Of a stretch of 64,000 bases of DNA, positions 32,871-42,870 are shown piece by piece. Source of the stretch: an uncultured Gammaproteobacteria bacterium (lineage in GTDB: Bacteria; Pseudomonadota; Gammaproteobacteria; JABCZS01); NCBI GenBank assembly GCA_963848305.1, contig CAWKDC010000001.1, positions 992,001 to 1,056,000 on the forward strand, given 5' to 3'. The notes beneath the pieces are model-generated. The model made no database searches and had not been told where the DNA came from. It saw only the letters and a program-made list of their open reading frames with translations. Both the position numbers and the translations under genes were made by a program. Every line of letters starts with the position of its first letter. Position 1 is the stretch's first letter.

Positions 32871-34515
32871 CTACATCATGCCGCCCATTCCTCCCATGCC
32901 GCCCATGCCACCTTCGCCGCCAGCATTGCTGCTCTCCGGCTTAGGCAGATCGGCAATCATGGCTTCCGTGGTGATCATCAAACCGGCAATCGATGCGGCA
33001 TTTTGTAATGCACTGCGCACGACTTTGGTCGGATCCAGAATACCCATTTCTAACATGTCGCCATATTCGCTGGTTGCTGCATTGTATCCAAAGTTGCCCT
33101 TTTCACTGGAGACTTTGTTCAATACAACAGAAGGTTCATCCCCTGCATTCAGCACAATGCGACGCAAAGGCGCTTCCATGGCGCGACGCACAATTTTAAT
33201 ACCCACATCTTGATCGTCGTTATGCCCTTTGAGGGTTTTCAACGCGCTCAATGCACGCACCAATGCCACGCCGCCGCCAGGCACAATGCCTTCTTCAACA
33301 GCCGCACGTGTTGCAGCCAAGGCATCGTCAACGCGCGCACGTTTTTCTTTCATTTCGATTTCAGTGGCCGCACCAATCTTGATCACTGCAACACCGCCAG
33401 CCAATTTGGCCACACGTTCTTGCAATTTTTCACGATCGTAATCGGAGGTTGCTGCTTCCATTTGTTGACGGATTTGCGCGACGCGATCTTGGATCGCTTT
33501 TTTATCGCCTGAACCATCAACAATCGTTGTGTTTTCTTTCGTGACAACAACGCGTTTCGCGGTTCCCAAATGCTGCATGGTGGCCGCATCGAGTGTCAAG
33601 CCGACTTCTTCAGCAATCACTTCTGCACCAGTCAAAATACCAATGTCACGCAACATCTCTTTGCGACGATCACCAAAGCCAGGCGCTTTCACCGCACAAA
33701 TACGTACAGCACCACGGATCGCATTCACCACCAACGTCGTGAGCGCTTCGCCCTCAAGGTCTTCTGCGATGAGCAGTAAAGGTTTGCCAGATTTGGCAAC
33801 CGCTTCCAGCACAGGCAACATGTCGCGAATATTCGAGACTTTTTTATCAACAATTAAAATGTAAGGCGATTCTAATTCGGCCGTCATTGTTTGTTGATTC
33901 GTCACGAAATAAGGTGACACATAACCGCGATCAAATTGCATTCCTTCTACCGTGGTCAACTCATTGTCGAAGCTAGTACCATCTTCAACAGTGATCACGC
34001 CTTCATTGCCCACTTTCGCCATGGCATCTGCAATGATTTTGCCGATATCGCTGTCGGAGTTTGCCGAAATGGTACCCACTTGTTGAATGGATTTATTGTC
34101 AGTGCAAGGACGTGACATGCTTTTCAATTCATCCACAGCGACTTTAACCGCTTTGTCAATACCGCGTTTCACATCCATGGGATTGAAACCTGCAGCAACT
34201 GCTTTTTGCCCTTCAGCAAATAATTCACGCGCCAATACCGTTGCGGTTGTCGTGCCATCGCCTGCATCTTCTGCAGTTTTTGATGCGACACCTTTCACCA
34301 TGCGTGCGCCCATGCTTTCGAAGACATCAGGCAACGCGTCAAAGGCTTCTGCCACAGACACACCATCTTTGGTGATCACGGGTGAACCAAATGATTTATC
34401 AATTACCACGTTACGGCCTTTGGCGCAACGTTGCAGCGACTGCATCAGCCAAGAGATCGACACCTTTCAATAAACGAAGGCGCGCGTCTGGCCCAAAAGC
34501 AACTTGTTTTGCCAT
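32871..34515 (-). CDS. groL: Chaperonin GroEL, frameshift near 34424
   Basis: MAKQVAFG N-terminus in another frame; [20 protein letters not shown]-repeat tail. Confidence 0.97.
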
Positions 34516-34530
34516 GTTATACTCTCCTCT

Positions 34531-34824
34531 TTATTCAACAACACACATGATTTCATCTTCGCGGATCACGACGTACTCTTTGTCATCATATTTGACTTCA
34601 GTACCCGCATATTTCGCGAAAAATACTTCTTGACCGACCTTAACCACCAAGGGGCGAATTTGACCAGACTCTAACGATTTGCCTGGTCCCACTGCGACGA
34701 CCTTGCCACGGGCAGGTTTTTCTTTGTCCGCATTGGGCAAATAAATGCCACCGGCAGTTTTGGTTTCTTCTTCATGACGAACCACGATAACGCGGTCGTG
34801 TAAAGGATGGATTTTCAATGACAT
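34531..34824 (-). CDS. groS: Co-chaperonin GroES
   Basis: [31 protein letters not shown]. Confidence 0.97.
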   Translation of the reverse strand: MSLKIHPLHDRVIVVRHEEETKTAGGIYLPNADKEKPARGKVVAVGPGKSLESGQIRPLVVKVGQEVFFAKYAGTEVKYDDKEYVVIREDEIMCVVE

Positions 34825-34877
34825 TGTGACTTCTCCCATTTGACTAAATAAAGGGGTATCGTTACCCTGCCTTCCAC

Positions 34878-34903
34878 ATGGGGGTATGATTTGAAAATTC
34901 AAG
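34878..34903 (-). promoter_or_regulatory. Sigma32 (RpoH) heat-shock promoter of groESL
   Basis: minus strand CTTGAA-N14-CCCCAT. Confidence 0.85.
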
Positions 34904-34946
34904 GCCTATAGCGTATGATAGCCAGGCTGTATGAGTGGAGAAAATC

Positions 34947-36101
34947 ATGAGTCGTTCCTACCTGTTTACATCTGAATCCGTGTCTGAAGGGCACCCTGAC
35001 AAGATTGCTGACCAAATTTCTGATGCCGTCTTAGACGCCATCATTGCCCAAGACCCCAAAGCCCGGGTCGCCTGTGAAGTCATGGTTAAAACGGGAATGG
35101 TGCTGATTGGCGGAGAAATCACCACAGAAGCCTGGGTAGACATGGACGCGCTGGCGCGCGAGGTCGTGAATGGCGTGGGCTACACGGATCCCACCTATGG
35201 CTTTGATGGCGCCGCTTGCGCCGTTTTGACGGCCATTGGCCGCCAATCCCCCGATATCGCCCAAGGCGTGAATGAAACGCCTACCCACGCCATGGGTGCC
35301 GGCGATCAAGGCATGATGTTCGGCTATGCCTGTGACGAAACTGACGTCCTCATGCCCGCCCCCATCACTTACGCCCACCGCCTCATGCGTCGTCAGGCCC
35401 ATTTGCGCCACAGCGGCATCTTGCCCTGGTTGCGCCCCGATGCCAAATCCCAAGTCACTTTCATGTATGAAGGGCATAAACCCGTCGGCATTCATACCGT
35501 GGTATTGTCCACGCAGCATGATCCAGGCATTGAATACGCTGATCTCGTCGAGGCCGTCCGTGAAGAAATCATCAAACCCGTTTTGCCTGCTGAATGGCTG
35601 ACGAAAGACACCCGCTATTTTATCAACCCTACCGGTCGCTTTGTGATTGGCGGACCCATGGGCGATTGCGGCTTGACGGGTCGAAAGATCATTGTCGATA
35701 CCTACGGCGGCATGGCCCGTCACGGCGGCGGTTGTTTTTCGGGGAAAGATCCCACAAAAGTCGATCGTTCCGCAGCGTATGCGGCGCGTTATGTGGCGAA
35801 AAATATTGTGGCCGCAGGATTGGCGAAACGGTGTGAAGTACAATTATCCTATGCAATTGGTGTCGCAAAACCAATTTCGATTTATGTGGAAACATTCGGC
35901 ACGGGAAAACTGCCTGATGATGCATGGCTCCCCTTGATTGAAGCCCATTTCGATTTAAGTCCTCATGGCATCATCGATATGCTTGATTTGTGGCGTCCGA
36001 TTTATCGCCCCATTGCCGCTTATGGGCATTTTGGGCGCGAGGATTTGGATCTCACATGGGAGCGGGTGGATAAGGCGGAAGCTCTGGGCAAGTCTGATTA
36101 G
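34947..36101 (+). CDS. metK: S-adenosylmethionine synthase
   Basis: [34 protein letters not shown]. Confidence 0.98.
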   Translation: MSRSYLFTSESVSEGHPDKIADQISDAVLDAIIAQDPKARVACEVMVKTGMVLIGGEITTEAWVDMDALAREVVNGVGYTDPTYGFDGAACAVLTAIGRQSPDIAQGVNETPTHAMGAGDQGMMFGYACDETDVLMPAPITYAHRLMRRQAHLRHSGILPWLRPDAKSQVTFMYEGHKPVGIHTVVLSTQHDPGIEYADLVEAVREEIIKPVLPAEWLTKDTRYFINPTGRFVIGGPMGDCGLTGRKIIVDTYGGMARHGGGCFSGKDPTKVDRSAAYAARYVAKNIVAAGLAKRCEVQLSYAIGVAKPISIYVETFGTGKLPDDAWLPLIEAHFDLSPHGIIDMLDLWRPIYRPIAAYGHFGREDLDLTWERVDKAEALGKSD

Positions 36102-36173
36102 GGGATTGGCACCATACACGATATCCGCCGCTCACAGGCGCGAGGATTTGGATCTCACTTGGGAGCGCGTGGA
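36034..36173 (+). repeat. 37-bp duplication of the metK 3' end (36034-36070 and 36137-36173)
   Basis: ggcgcgaggatttggatctcac(a/t)tgggagcg(g/c)gtgga, two mismatches. Confidence 0.85.
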
Positions 36174-36182
36174 ATTGAAATT

Positions 36183-36574
36183 TTATTCAGCTAAAGCCAC
36201 TGTATTGATCCCGAGCGCAACCGCCTTCTTAATCATTTTTTTGTCAAAACTCACATATTTTTTGGCTGATTTTCCAGCAAGAAGATGCATTGCATCACCA
36301 AAATCCATACCCAATTTATACAGCATGATTGCTTTGGTCATATCATTCAATTCGTCCATCGTAATATGTGGCACACCTAATAGCCCCTCAAAAGCAAGTG
36401 CAATCTGCCCAACAGGAATATCATAACAGGCACGTAACACCCATTCTGCCTCTAGCATCACTGTTTTCGAAATAAATACCTGATTTCTGTCTATCAAGGA
36501 AGCGGCAATAGCCCCTTTTTTTTATCATCATTAACCAAAAAACGAACCAAAACATTGGTATCAATGGCAACCAT
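36183..36574 (-). CDS. vapC: VapC PIN-domain toxin, frameshift in A8G4 tract near 36518
   Basis: MVAIDTNVLVRFLVNDD, VMLEAEWVL, MDFGDAMHL, SFDKK. Confidence 0.88.
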
Positions 36575-36825
36575 CATTTTTTACCGGCCTCTTTCAAAAT
36601 AGCAGCTTCCATGTCTTTTAAAGATTTTTTGGGGCCATGATAATCAAGACAACCCAACAAATCACGAACAGATGTTTTAGCACATGAACGAATTGGGGTT
36701 AATAGGATACCATTTTCCACCTCGCGAACCTCGAACCGTTCGCCCGCTTCCCAATGGTGAGCATCCCGAATAGGTTGCGGGATAACGATTTGTCCTTTGC
36801 TTGATAACCGCGTTGTTTCCATCAT
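36574..36825 (-). CDS. AbrB/MazE/SpoVT-family antitoxin
   Basis: TRLSSKGQIVIPQPIR...W.AG; translationally coupled to vapC. Confidence 0.9.
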   Translation of the reverse strand: MMETTRLSSKGQIVIPQPIRDAHHWEAGERFEVREVENGILLTPIRSCAKTSVRDLLGCLDYHGPKKSLKDMEAAILKEAGKK

Positions 36826-36886
36826 AACCCCTAAATAAGACGATGGTAAGATTATAGCGGAAAAATCCTGAACCCCCCCCCTCCCC

Positions 36887-37348
36887 CTAGAATACAATAT
36901 CCGCATCCACAATCCCGGCACTTTTCTTGGTTGCAGACAAGGATAGCGGTTCAATACCGTTTTTCGTGTCCAAATCTTCCAAACATTGCGCAAACGAGGC
37001 AAAAGGCACATCTTGCATGTGTACGACAATTTCCTTATTTTCATTTTGGGATAAGTGCTTCACAAAAGGGCTTAACCCTGCATTCGAAAATGCTTTTTCA
37101 ATGGTACTCAGTCTTGGGGTTTTTTTCGTTGATTTGGTTTGACCCGCGCTCTTTTTTAACATCGCGACGGTGGGATGCATCCACTCAACCAATGCGCGCT
37201 CGTTTTCAATATCAGCCTTCAAGATATCGATGCGAGAATATAATGGCCACCAGATAAATCGAACAACGATCAACAACCCCAATGCAATGGCGCCCCACTT
37301 TACTGTGCGTTGTTCTTGTGAGGATAGATTGTCCCAATGCTGCCTCAT
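36887..37348 (-). CDS. gspM: Type II secretion protein M
   Basis: W..LS.QEQR then TM and WWPL; last gene of gsp cluster. Confidence 0.85.
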   Translation of the reverse strand: MRQHWDNLSSQEQRTVKWGAIALGLLIVVRFIWWPLYSRIDILKADIENERALVEWMHPTVAMLKKSAGQTKSTKKTPRLSTIEKAFSNAGLSPFVKHLSQNENKEIVVHMQDVPFASFAQCLEDLDTKNGIEPLSLSATKKSAGIVDADIVF

Positions 37349-38457
37349 GATTTCACCTCCAACTGAATACGTGCGACAACATGATCATCTTCCCGCTCTG
37401 CACTTTCTTGCTTGAACGAAACATTACTTTGCGAAAATAGTGACGACAACGCTTCCAGCGAGGCAAAATCCTTGGCAGTGATGGATGCCGTGAGGCGATC
37501 ACCCGTGAATTGCAAATGGGTTAATTGAACATCCTTCGCTGATGATAACCCTTGATTCAATGTGGATAAAAGCAAGAAAAAGCGCTGTTGACTTTTTCCA
37601 TTTTTTTGCAGTTCTCTGCTTAATACGACGCGAGGACTTGTCGCTTGCGTGGCACCAGGGAAAACCTGTTGATACAATGATAATGTTTCAGATTGCAAAC
37701 CTTGCAAACGATGCGACAAAATGGCGCCCGTCAGAATCAAATACATAAAATAAATAGCGAATGAAGCACCCAATGCATAGATCGATTTCTTGAGCAAACT
37801 GCTATTTGTTTTAGGTGCAGCTGGTGAAAAATCCCCTTGTAATAAATTGATCGGGGGAGGCGTATCGAATAATGCTTCCACCCAACCATCAATAGCATCC
37901 GTATGTTGATACACCATATGCTCTGGCTGATGCATTTCACGCAACCACGATTCACTTTCAGATTCACGCAATGCAAAGCCGCGGTATTTATCTTGTCTTA
38001 CACACAATCGATCGTCATTTTTCCAGCAAGACCAGCCATCTTCAACAATTGGGAGCAAATAAATATCAGGATAAATGGCTTCCAAGTAAATACCCGCCGC
38101 GCGATACGTATTAATCATGTTTTCCATGTGTGAACGTTGTACCACAGCAACGACTATCTGCGCAGACTCGCGTACAAGCGGCATCGCACAATGCACTTGC
38201 TCAATCGGCTCGGCTAACTGTTCTTCAACCAAATTCGGCACAACCACGCGCAACAAGGCAGGCTTGACCACAGGAAGTTCCACCTCAATAAAAGAAACCC
38301 ATTCGGTTTGACATAATAATATTGCGGCACCATCGCCCAACAATGTTTTGAGTGCTTCCAGTGAAACATTCGCGTGAAATTCAATCCCTTCCTGGGATTG
38401 AAGATAGGCATCGACATGTGTCGCATCTTGCTTGGATATCAACAATGCCCGATTCAT
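37345..38457 (-). CDS. gspL: Type II secretion protein L
   Basis: VEEQLAEPIEQVH, PDIYLLP, INLLQGDF, Y..VFP. Confidence 0.88.
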   Translation of the reverse strand: MNRALLISKQDATHVDAYLQSQEGIEFHANVSLEALKTLLGDGAAILLCQTEWVSFIEVELPVVKPALLRVVVPNLVEEQLAEPIEQVHCAMPLVRESAQIVVAVVQRSHMENMINTYRAAGIYLEAIYPDIYLLPIVEDGWSCWKNDDRLCVRQDKYRGFALRESESESWLREMHQPEHMVYQHTDAIDGWVEALFDTPPPINLLQGDFSPAAPKTNSSLLKKSIYALGASFAIYFMYLILTGAILSHRLQGLQSETLSLYQQVFPGATQATSPRVVLSRELQKNGKSQQRFFLLLSTLNQGLSSAKDVQLTHLQFTGDRLTASITAKDFASLEALSSLFSQSNVSFKQESAEREDDHVVARIQLEVKS

Positions 38458-38903
38458 AGCTTCTCCTCCACCATTCCCTGATCCACCACCTGCCAACCTT
38501 GATCAGGAGAATGGTTCAATAAAGTATATATCCGTAATGTTCGCTTTGCCTCTATTTCTGCCTTCACGCGATATGTTTGTTTTTCCTCCTCTTCGGCCGC
38601 CTCCTCAGCTTCGCTAGGCTGTTCAAGCGTGACTTGGAGCTTCGCCCCATTTAGCAAGACCGAAAAGGTTTGTTCAGTTTTATTCTCAATCTGATCATCT
38701 GTTAAAATAGACAGTGCCCATGCCGTCGCACTGCGGATCGCTAATTGTTCAATCACGATTTCATGCATTTTGTTGTAACGGCGCATATCGAGGTGCAATG
38801 ATAATATCATGCTCGTGGCCAATATCACGACGAGTGTACATAACCCCATCGCAAACACGAGCGCGCTCCCTTTCTGTTTATTTATGGGGCGATGAAAATC
38901 CAT
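38454..38903 (-). CDS. gspK: Short GspK/PilX-like minor pseudopilin
   Basis: KQKGSALVFAM prepilin-like start lacking E5; located between gspJ and gspL; only 149 aa. Confidence 0.65.
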   Translation of the reverse strand: MDFHRPINKQKGSALVFAMGLCTLVVILATSMILSLHLDMRRYNKMHEIVIEQLAIRSATAWALSILTDDQIENKTEQTFSVLLNGAKLQVTLEQPSEAEEAAEEEEKQTYRVKAEIEAKRTLRIYTLLNHSPDQGWQVVDQGMVEEKL

Positions 38904-39376
38904 GAAACCTCCCCGAATGTGGAATCTGTGAAAGACAATTGAAACGCACGGGGCCTCGTGTGATTAATATTGGGCACAGATACATCTTGCCATGTCTCTT
39001 CTGATAGCCATTCCCATTTCACTGATTGAGCCGCTTTAATCAATGTTTGTTCAGGTGACGCATCGTCATTTTTCAGTGTGCGCACCAACGTACCTTTATC
39101 CCACGTGTATAGCACTTCTCCAGCAGCACCCGCTAGCGTTAATTCATATGCTTGAAATGACAGTTCAGAACCCTGCTTCATCTGTTTTGCAAAATCATTG
39201 AGCAAGGTGGTGTATGCAAAAGATAAACTATTTAAGATGGATTCATGTGATTTCTGCACTTCCCTTGCATGGATCATTTGTTGAAAACTCGAAAGCGCCG
39301 CAACCGACATGATGCTCAGAATAAACATGGATACGATCAGTTCAATCAGTGTAAAAGCCCTATTTTTTTCGATCAT
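38882..39376 (-). CDS. gspJ: Minor pseudopilin GspJ
   Basis: AFTLIELIVS N-methylation motif, PRA..L.....FG C-terminus. Confidence 0.8.
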   Translation of the reverse strand: MIEKNRAFTLIELIVSMFILSIMSVAALSSFQQMIHAREVQKSHESILNSLSFAYTTLLNDFAKQMKQGSELSFQAYELTLAGAAGEVLYTWDKGTLVRTLKNDDASPEQTLIKAAQSVKWEWLSEETWQDVSVPNINHTRPRAFQLSFTDSTFGEVSWIFIAP

Positions 39377-39761
39377 TGTTATCCTCCAAAACAGGAGGGA
39401 GATTAAAGTACAAAAAATCGAAGGTTGCCAACGCTTTTCCACCACGATGATCTGAAACAGTGACAGTGACGCGCTCTGTCTTCTCTTCAGACACTGATGT
39501 GGCGGTCCAAAACCATGTTTTACCAAGCATGCGCATATCTCCATGCTTGTTCACATCTTGCGTCATACCACCCGACAAATCTAATATGATCTCAGCCACC
39601 GCATTTTGCGCAACCCACAACCCAACCGTTTTTTCTTCTAGCAGTGTCACCGTACGTGACACATGACTCGACGTGCCCATGACACCGATAAACGCGAGGG
39701 CCAACACGAAGAGTGCAATCATGACTTCAATGAGTGTGAACGCGCGCGATCGTGCTGTCAT
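39360..39761 (-). CDS. gspI: Minor pseudopilin GspI
   Basis: AFTLIEVMIAL, LEEKT...WVAQN, W.W motif. Confidence 0.85.
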   Translation of the reverse strand: MTARSRAFTLIEVMIALFVLALAFIGVMGTSSHVSRTVTLLEEKTVGLWVAQNAVAEIILDLSGGMTQDVNKHGDMRMLGKTWFWTATSVSEEKTERVTVTVSDHRGGKALATFDFLYFNLPPVLEDNNDRKK

Positions 39762-39766
39762 GGTGA

Positions 39767-40192
39767 CTAACTCGATTGCCAGTTGCCAATGTCGGAGTCA
39801 ACGCCCTCGCCACCTTCACGGCCATCTGCACCCAATGAAAAAACATCGACATCGCTGTAAATCCCAGGATTACGATATTGGTATTCGTGACCCCAAGGAT
39901 CTTTCGGCAAACGTTTCAAATATGCACTCGCATTATAATGGGATGGGATAGGTGATACAGTGGGTTTTTGCACCAGCGCAGCAAGACCCTGTGCTTGCGT
40001 GGGATAGTCTCCATTATCGAGCCTATATAAATCGAGCGCGCTTTCAATGCGAATCACATCTTGTTGTGCTTTCACCATTTTCGCTTCATCAGGGCGAGAC
40101 ATGATTTGCGGCACGACAAATGCAGCCAAAATACTTAAAATGACCACGACTACCATCACTTCGATCAACGTAAAACCGCGTGTCTTTTTCAT
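39767..40192 (-). CDS. gspG: Major pseudopilin GspG
   Basis: GFTLIEVMVVVVI, LDLYRLDNG.YPT, LPKDPWG, SLGADG. Confidence 0.96.
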   Translation of the reverse strand: MKKTRGFTLIEVMVVVVILSILAAFVVPQIMSRPDEAKMVKAQQDVIRIESALDLYRLDNGDYPTQAQGLAALVQKPTVSPIPSHYNASAYLKRLPKDPWGHEYQYRNPGIYSDVDVFSLGADGREGGEGVDSDIGNWQSS

Positions 40193-40213
40193 GATAACTC
40201 CTATGCTAACATT

Positions 40214-41410
40214 TTAAAATTGTGTTGCCGAAAAAATCGGTAACAATACCGCCAGAACGATGAATAATACCACACCGCCCATCACCAAAATCATCACGGG
40301 TTCGAATAATGCAAGTCCTTTTTGAAGTAAACTTTCCAATTCATTTTCTTGTTGCTTTGCAGCCCGTTCAATCATTTGCTCCAATTTTCCTGCGCGCTCG
40401 CCAGAAGCAATCATGTGCAAGCTCATCGGGCTAAAATAGTGTGAGTGCGTCAATGCTTGATGTAAACTGGTGCCTTCTTGCACTTGCTTCATGACTTCAG
40501 TCATAGAAGATGCGATTGGCCGTGAAGTGACCACCTGTTGTGCAGCGCGCAATGCATCTAATAACGGGACTCCCGCGGATAACAATAATGATAACGTTCT
40601 CATGAGTCGCGCTGTTTCTGATTGTTGAATAATCCTGCCCAATAATGGCAAACGTAACACCCATGCATCAAATCGATAGGCAAAAGATGCCTTCTTCAAT
40701 GCAAATTTTAAACCAATGAATCCACCCATGATCAACAACAATATCGGAAGCCCTAATATTTTAACAGTGGAACTGATCACCAAGAGAATACGTGTTGGCA
40801 ATGGCAATACTTGGCCGTTACCCGTAAAGACATCGAGCAATTGCGGCACGACACTCACCATCAAAAACGCAGTGAATGCGAATGAAATGATCATGACAAA
40901 ACTGGGATAAATCAATGCTTGTGTGACTTTCGCACGTAAACGTTCTGTTTCTTCCATATGATCAGCGAGACTAACCAATACTTTCGATAAATCACCAGAC
41001 GCTTCAGCTGCCGCAATACTCGCACAATATAAATTTGAAAAAACGCGAGGATGCTCTTGCATCGCTTGACTTAACGCATATCCTTCAGCCACCTTGTTTT
41101 TGACAGCCATTAAAATATGTTTTGCAGACTTGGATTCTGTTTGTGCAATGACGCCTTCTAATGATTGAGTCAAGGGTAATTCTGCTTCAAGCAAAGTAGC
41201 GAGTTGGCGTGTGAACAACGTTACTTCTCGAAAAGACACTCGCTTTTGTCTCTTACCCAATGTTTTTCCAGCCACCACCTCTGTCACGGTTACAGGCACT
41301 AGACCGCGCTCACGCAATGATTGACGCACCATTTTTGGACTGTCCGCATCCAGCACGCCTTTTTCTTTTTTGCCTTGCGCATTGAGCGCGGTGTATTCAT
41401 ACGTGTTCAT
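40214..41410 (-). CDS. gspF: Type II secretion inner membrane protein F
   Basis: FTRQLATLL, ALIYP, GE.AGKL, EP.MILVMG. Confidence 0.95.
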   Translation of the reverse strand: MNTYEYTALNAQGKKEKGVLDADSPKMVRQSLRERGLVPVTVTEVVAGKTLGKRQKRVSFREVTLFTRQLATLLEAELPLTQSLEGVIAQTESKSAKHILMAVKNKVAEGYALSQAMQEHPRVFSNLYCASIAAAEASGDLSKVLVSLADHMEETERLRAKVTQALIYPSFVMIISFAFTAFLMVSVVPQLLDVFTGNGQVLPLPTRILLVISSTVKILGLPILLLIMGGFIGLKFALKKASFAYRFDAWVLRLPLLGRIIQQSETARLMRTLSLLLSAGVPLLDALRAAQQVVTSRPIASSMTEVMKQVQEGTSLHQALTHSHYFSPMSLHMIASGERAGKLEQMIERAAKQQENELESLLQKGLALFEPVMILVMGGVVLFIVLAVLLPIFSATQF

Positions 41411-42867
41411 GATGATAAATCCGTGACACGGATCACTTCATCAAGGGTTGTTTCACCTTCTATCACGCGCGCAATACCTGCCTCTTTAATAGAAGGATAT
41501 ATTTTATTGGCATACGCCTTAATATGATTTTCCGTTTCATCCTCATGAATCATTTGCTTGAGCGTATCATCAATGAGCACAATTTCATAAATCGCCATGC
41601 GACCCTTATACCCCGTGTGATCACATGCATTGCATCCTTGCGCAGTGTAAACATGCAACGGTTTTGATTCAGGATAGTTTAAACATTTTTTTAATGCCGT
41701 ATCTGCTTCAATTTCTTTTTTGCAGGCTGGACATAAACGACGCACCAAACGTTGCGCAATCACTGCCTCTAATGTTGATGCGATCAAATACGATGCCACA
41801 CCCATATCGCGTAAACGCGTGATAGCACCCACTGCTGTATTGGTGTGCAACGTGGACAGCATTAAATGTCCGGTGAGTGAGGCTTGAATCGCAATATCCG
41901 CTGTTTCCAAATCACGGATTTCGCCAACCATCACGATGTCAGGATCTTGCCGCAAAATCGCTCGCAAACCGCGCGCAAATGTCATGCCAATTTTTGCATT
42001 GACTTGTGACTGGCCAACACCTTGCAATTCATATTCAACAGGATCTTCGACCGTTAAAATATTGCGTGTATGATCATTCAATTCATTCAAGAAAGCATAT
42101 AAGGTTGTTGTTTTACCGGCACCTGTCGGCCCTGTAACCAAAATAATCCCGTGCGGTTTTTGCTTTAAATGTTTCATCAAATTCAAATCATGTTCAGTCA
42201 ACCCTAAACTGCTCAATGTGAGGGCAACACTTTCTTTGTCCAATAATCGCAATACAATTCTCTCACCATGACTTGATGGCAGTGTTGAAACACGAACATC
42301 CACATGACGCCCGCCCACTTGCAGTGTAATGCGCCCATCTTGTGGCAATCTTTTCTCAGCGATATTGAGTTTTGCCATGATTTTAATGCGTGAAATCACC
42401 AGAGGTGCAAGCTTCACAGGTAATTTCATTTTCATCTTGAGCACGCCATCTAGACGCATCCTGAATACCAAATCATTTTTGTAGGTTTCAACGTGAATAT
42501 CAGAGGCTTTTTCTTTAAGGGCTTGTGCGATCAATGCATTGATCAGACGTATGATGGGCGCTTCTTGTTCGGTGTCCAATAAATCTTCAACGGTTTGTAA
42601 TTCATACGCAACAACATCGAGATCCATGGCTTGTTCAGCTTGTGCATCCAGCCCGCCTTCAGAATGTTTATGGTAAAACTGTTCTAATAACCGATCGAAT
42701 GCATTGTTTTCCATGCGATGAATCTGGCATGGGGATGATAATGTGCGGCGTACTTCCATCAAAATAGGCATGGCTGTGTCTGCACGACATGTCAAAACCA
42801 CTTCACCCGCCTCTTCTTGCAACAATACGCCAAACCGTTTTGAAAAGGCATATGGGAGCACATGCAT
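41407..42867 (-). CDS. gspE: Type II secretion ATPase E
   Basis: ASDIH, EKRLPQDGR, GPTGAGKT, LRQDPD, CxxC motifs. Confidence 0.96.
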   Translation of the reverse strand: MHVLPYAFSKRFGVLLQEEAGEVVLTCRADTAMPILMEVRRTLSSPCQIHRMENNAFDRLLEQFYHKHSEGGLDAQAEQAMDLDVVAYELQTVEDLLDTEQEAPIIRLINALIAQALKEKASDIHVETYKNDLVFRMRLDGVLKMKMKLPVKLAPLVISRIKIMAKLNIAEKRLPQDGRITLQVGGRHVDVRVSTLPSSHGERIVLRLLDKESVALTLSSLGLTEHDLNLMKHLKQKPHGIILVTGPTGAGKTTTLYAFLNELNDHTRNILTVEDPVEYELQGVGQSQVNAKIGMTFARGLRAILRQDPDIVMVGEIRDLETADIAIQASLTGHLMLSTLHTNTAVGAITRLRDMGVASYLIASTLEAVIAQRLVRRLCPACKKEIEADTALKKCLNYPESKPLHVYTAQGCNACDHTGYKGRMAIYEIVLIDDTLKQMIHEDETENHIKAYANKIYPSIKEAGIARVIEGETTLDEVIRVTDLSS

Positions 42868-42870
42868 GGG

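Noticed and set aside
35031-35843. Long antisense ORFs over metK, groEL and the 1717-aa gene
   Set aside because: Shadow frames of codon-biased real genes.
36873-36886. Poly-C tract near the vapBC promoter (and the A8 tract in vapC) as phase-variation switches
   Set aside because: The tracts are short, and homopolymer lengths are unreliable in this assembly.
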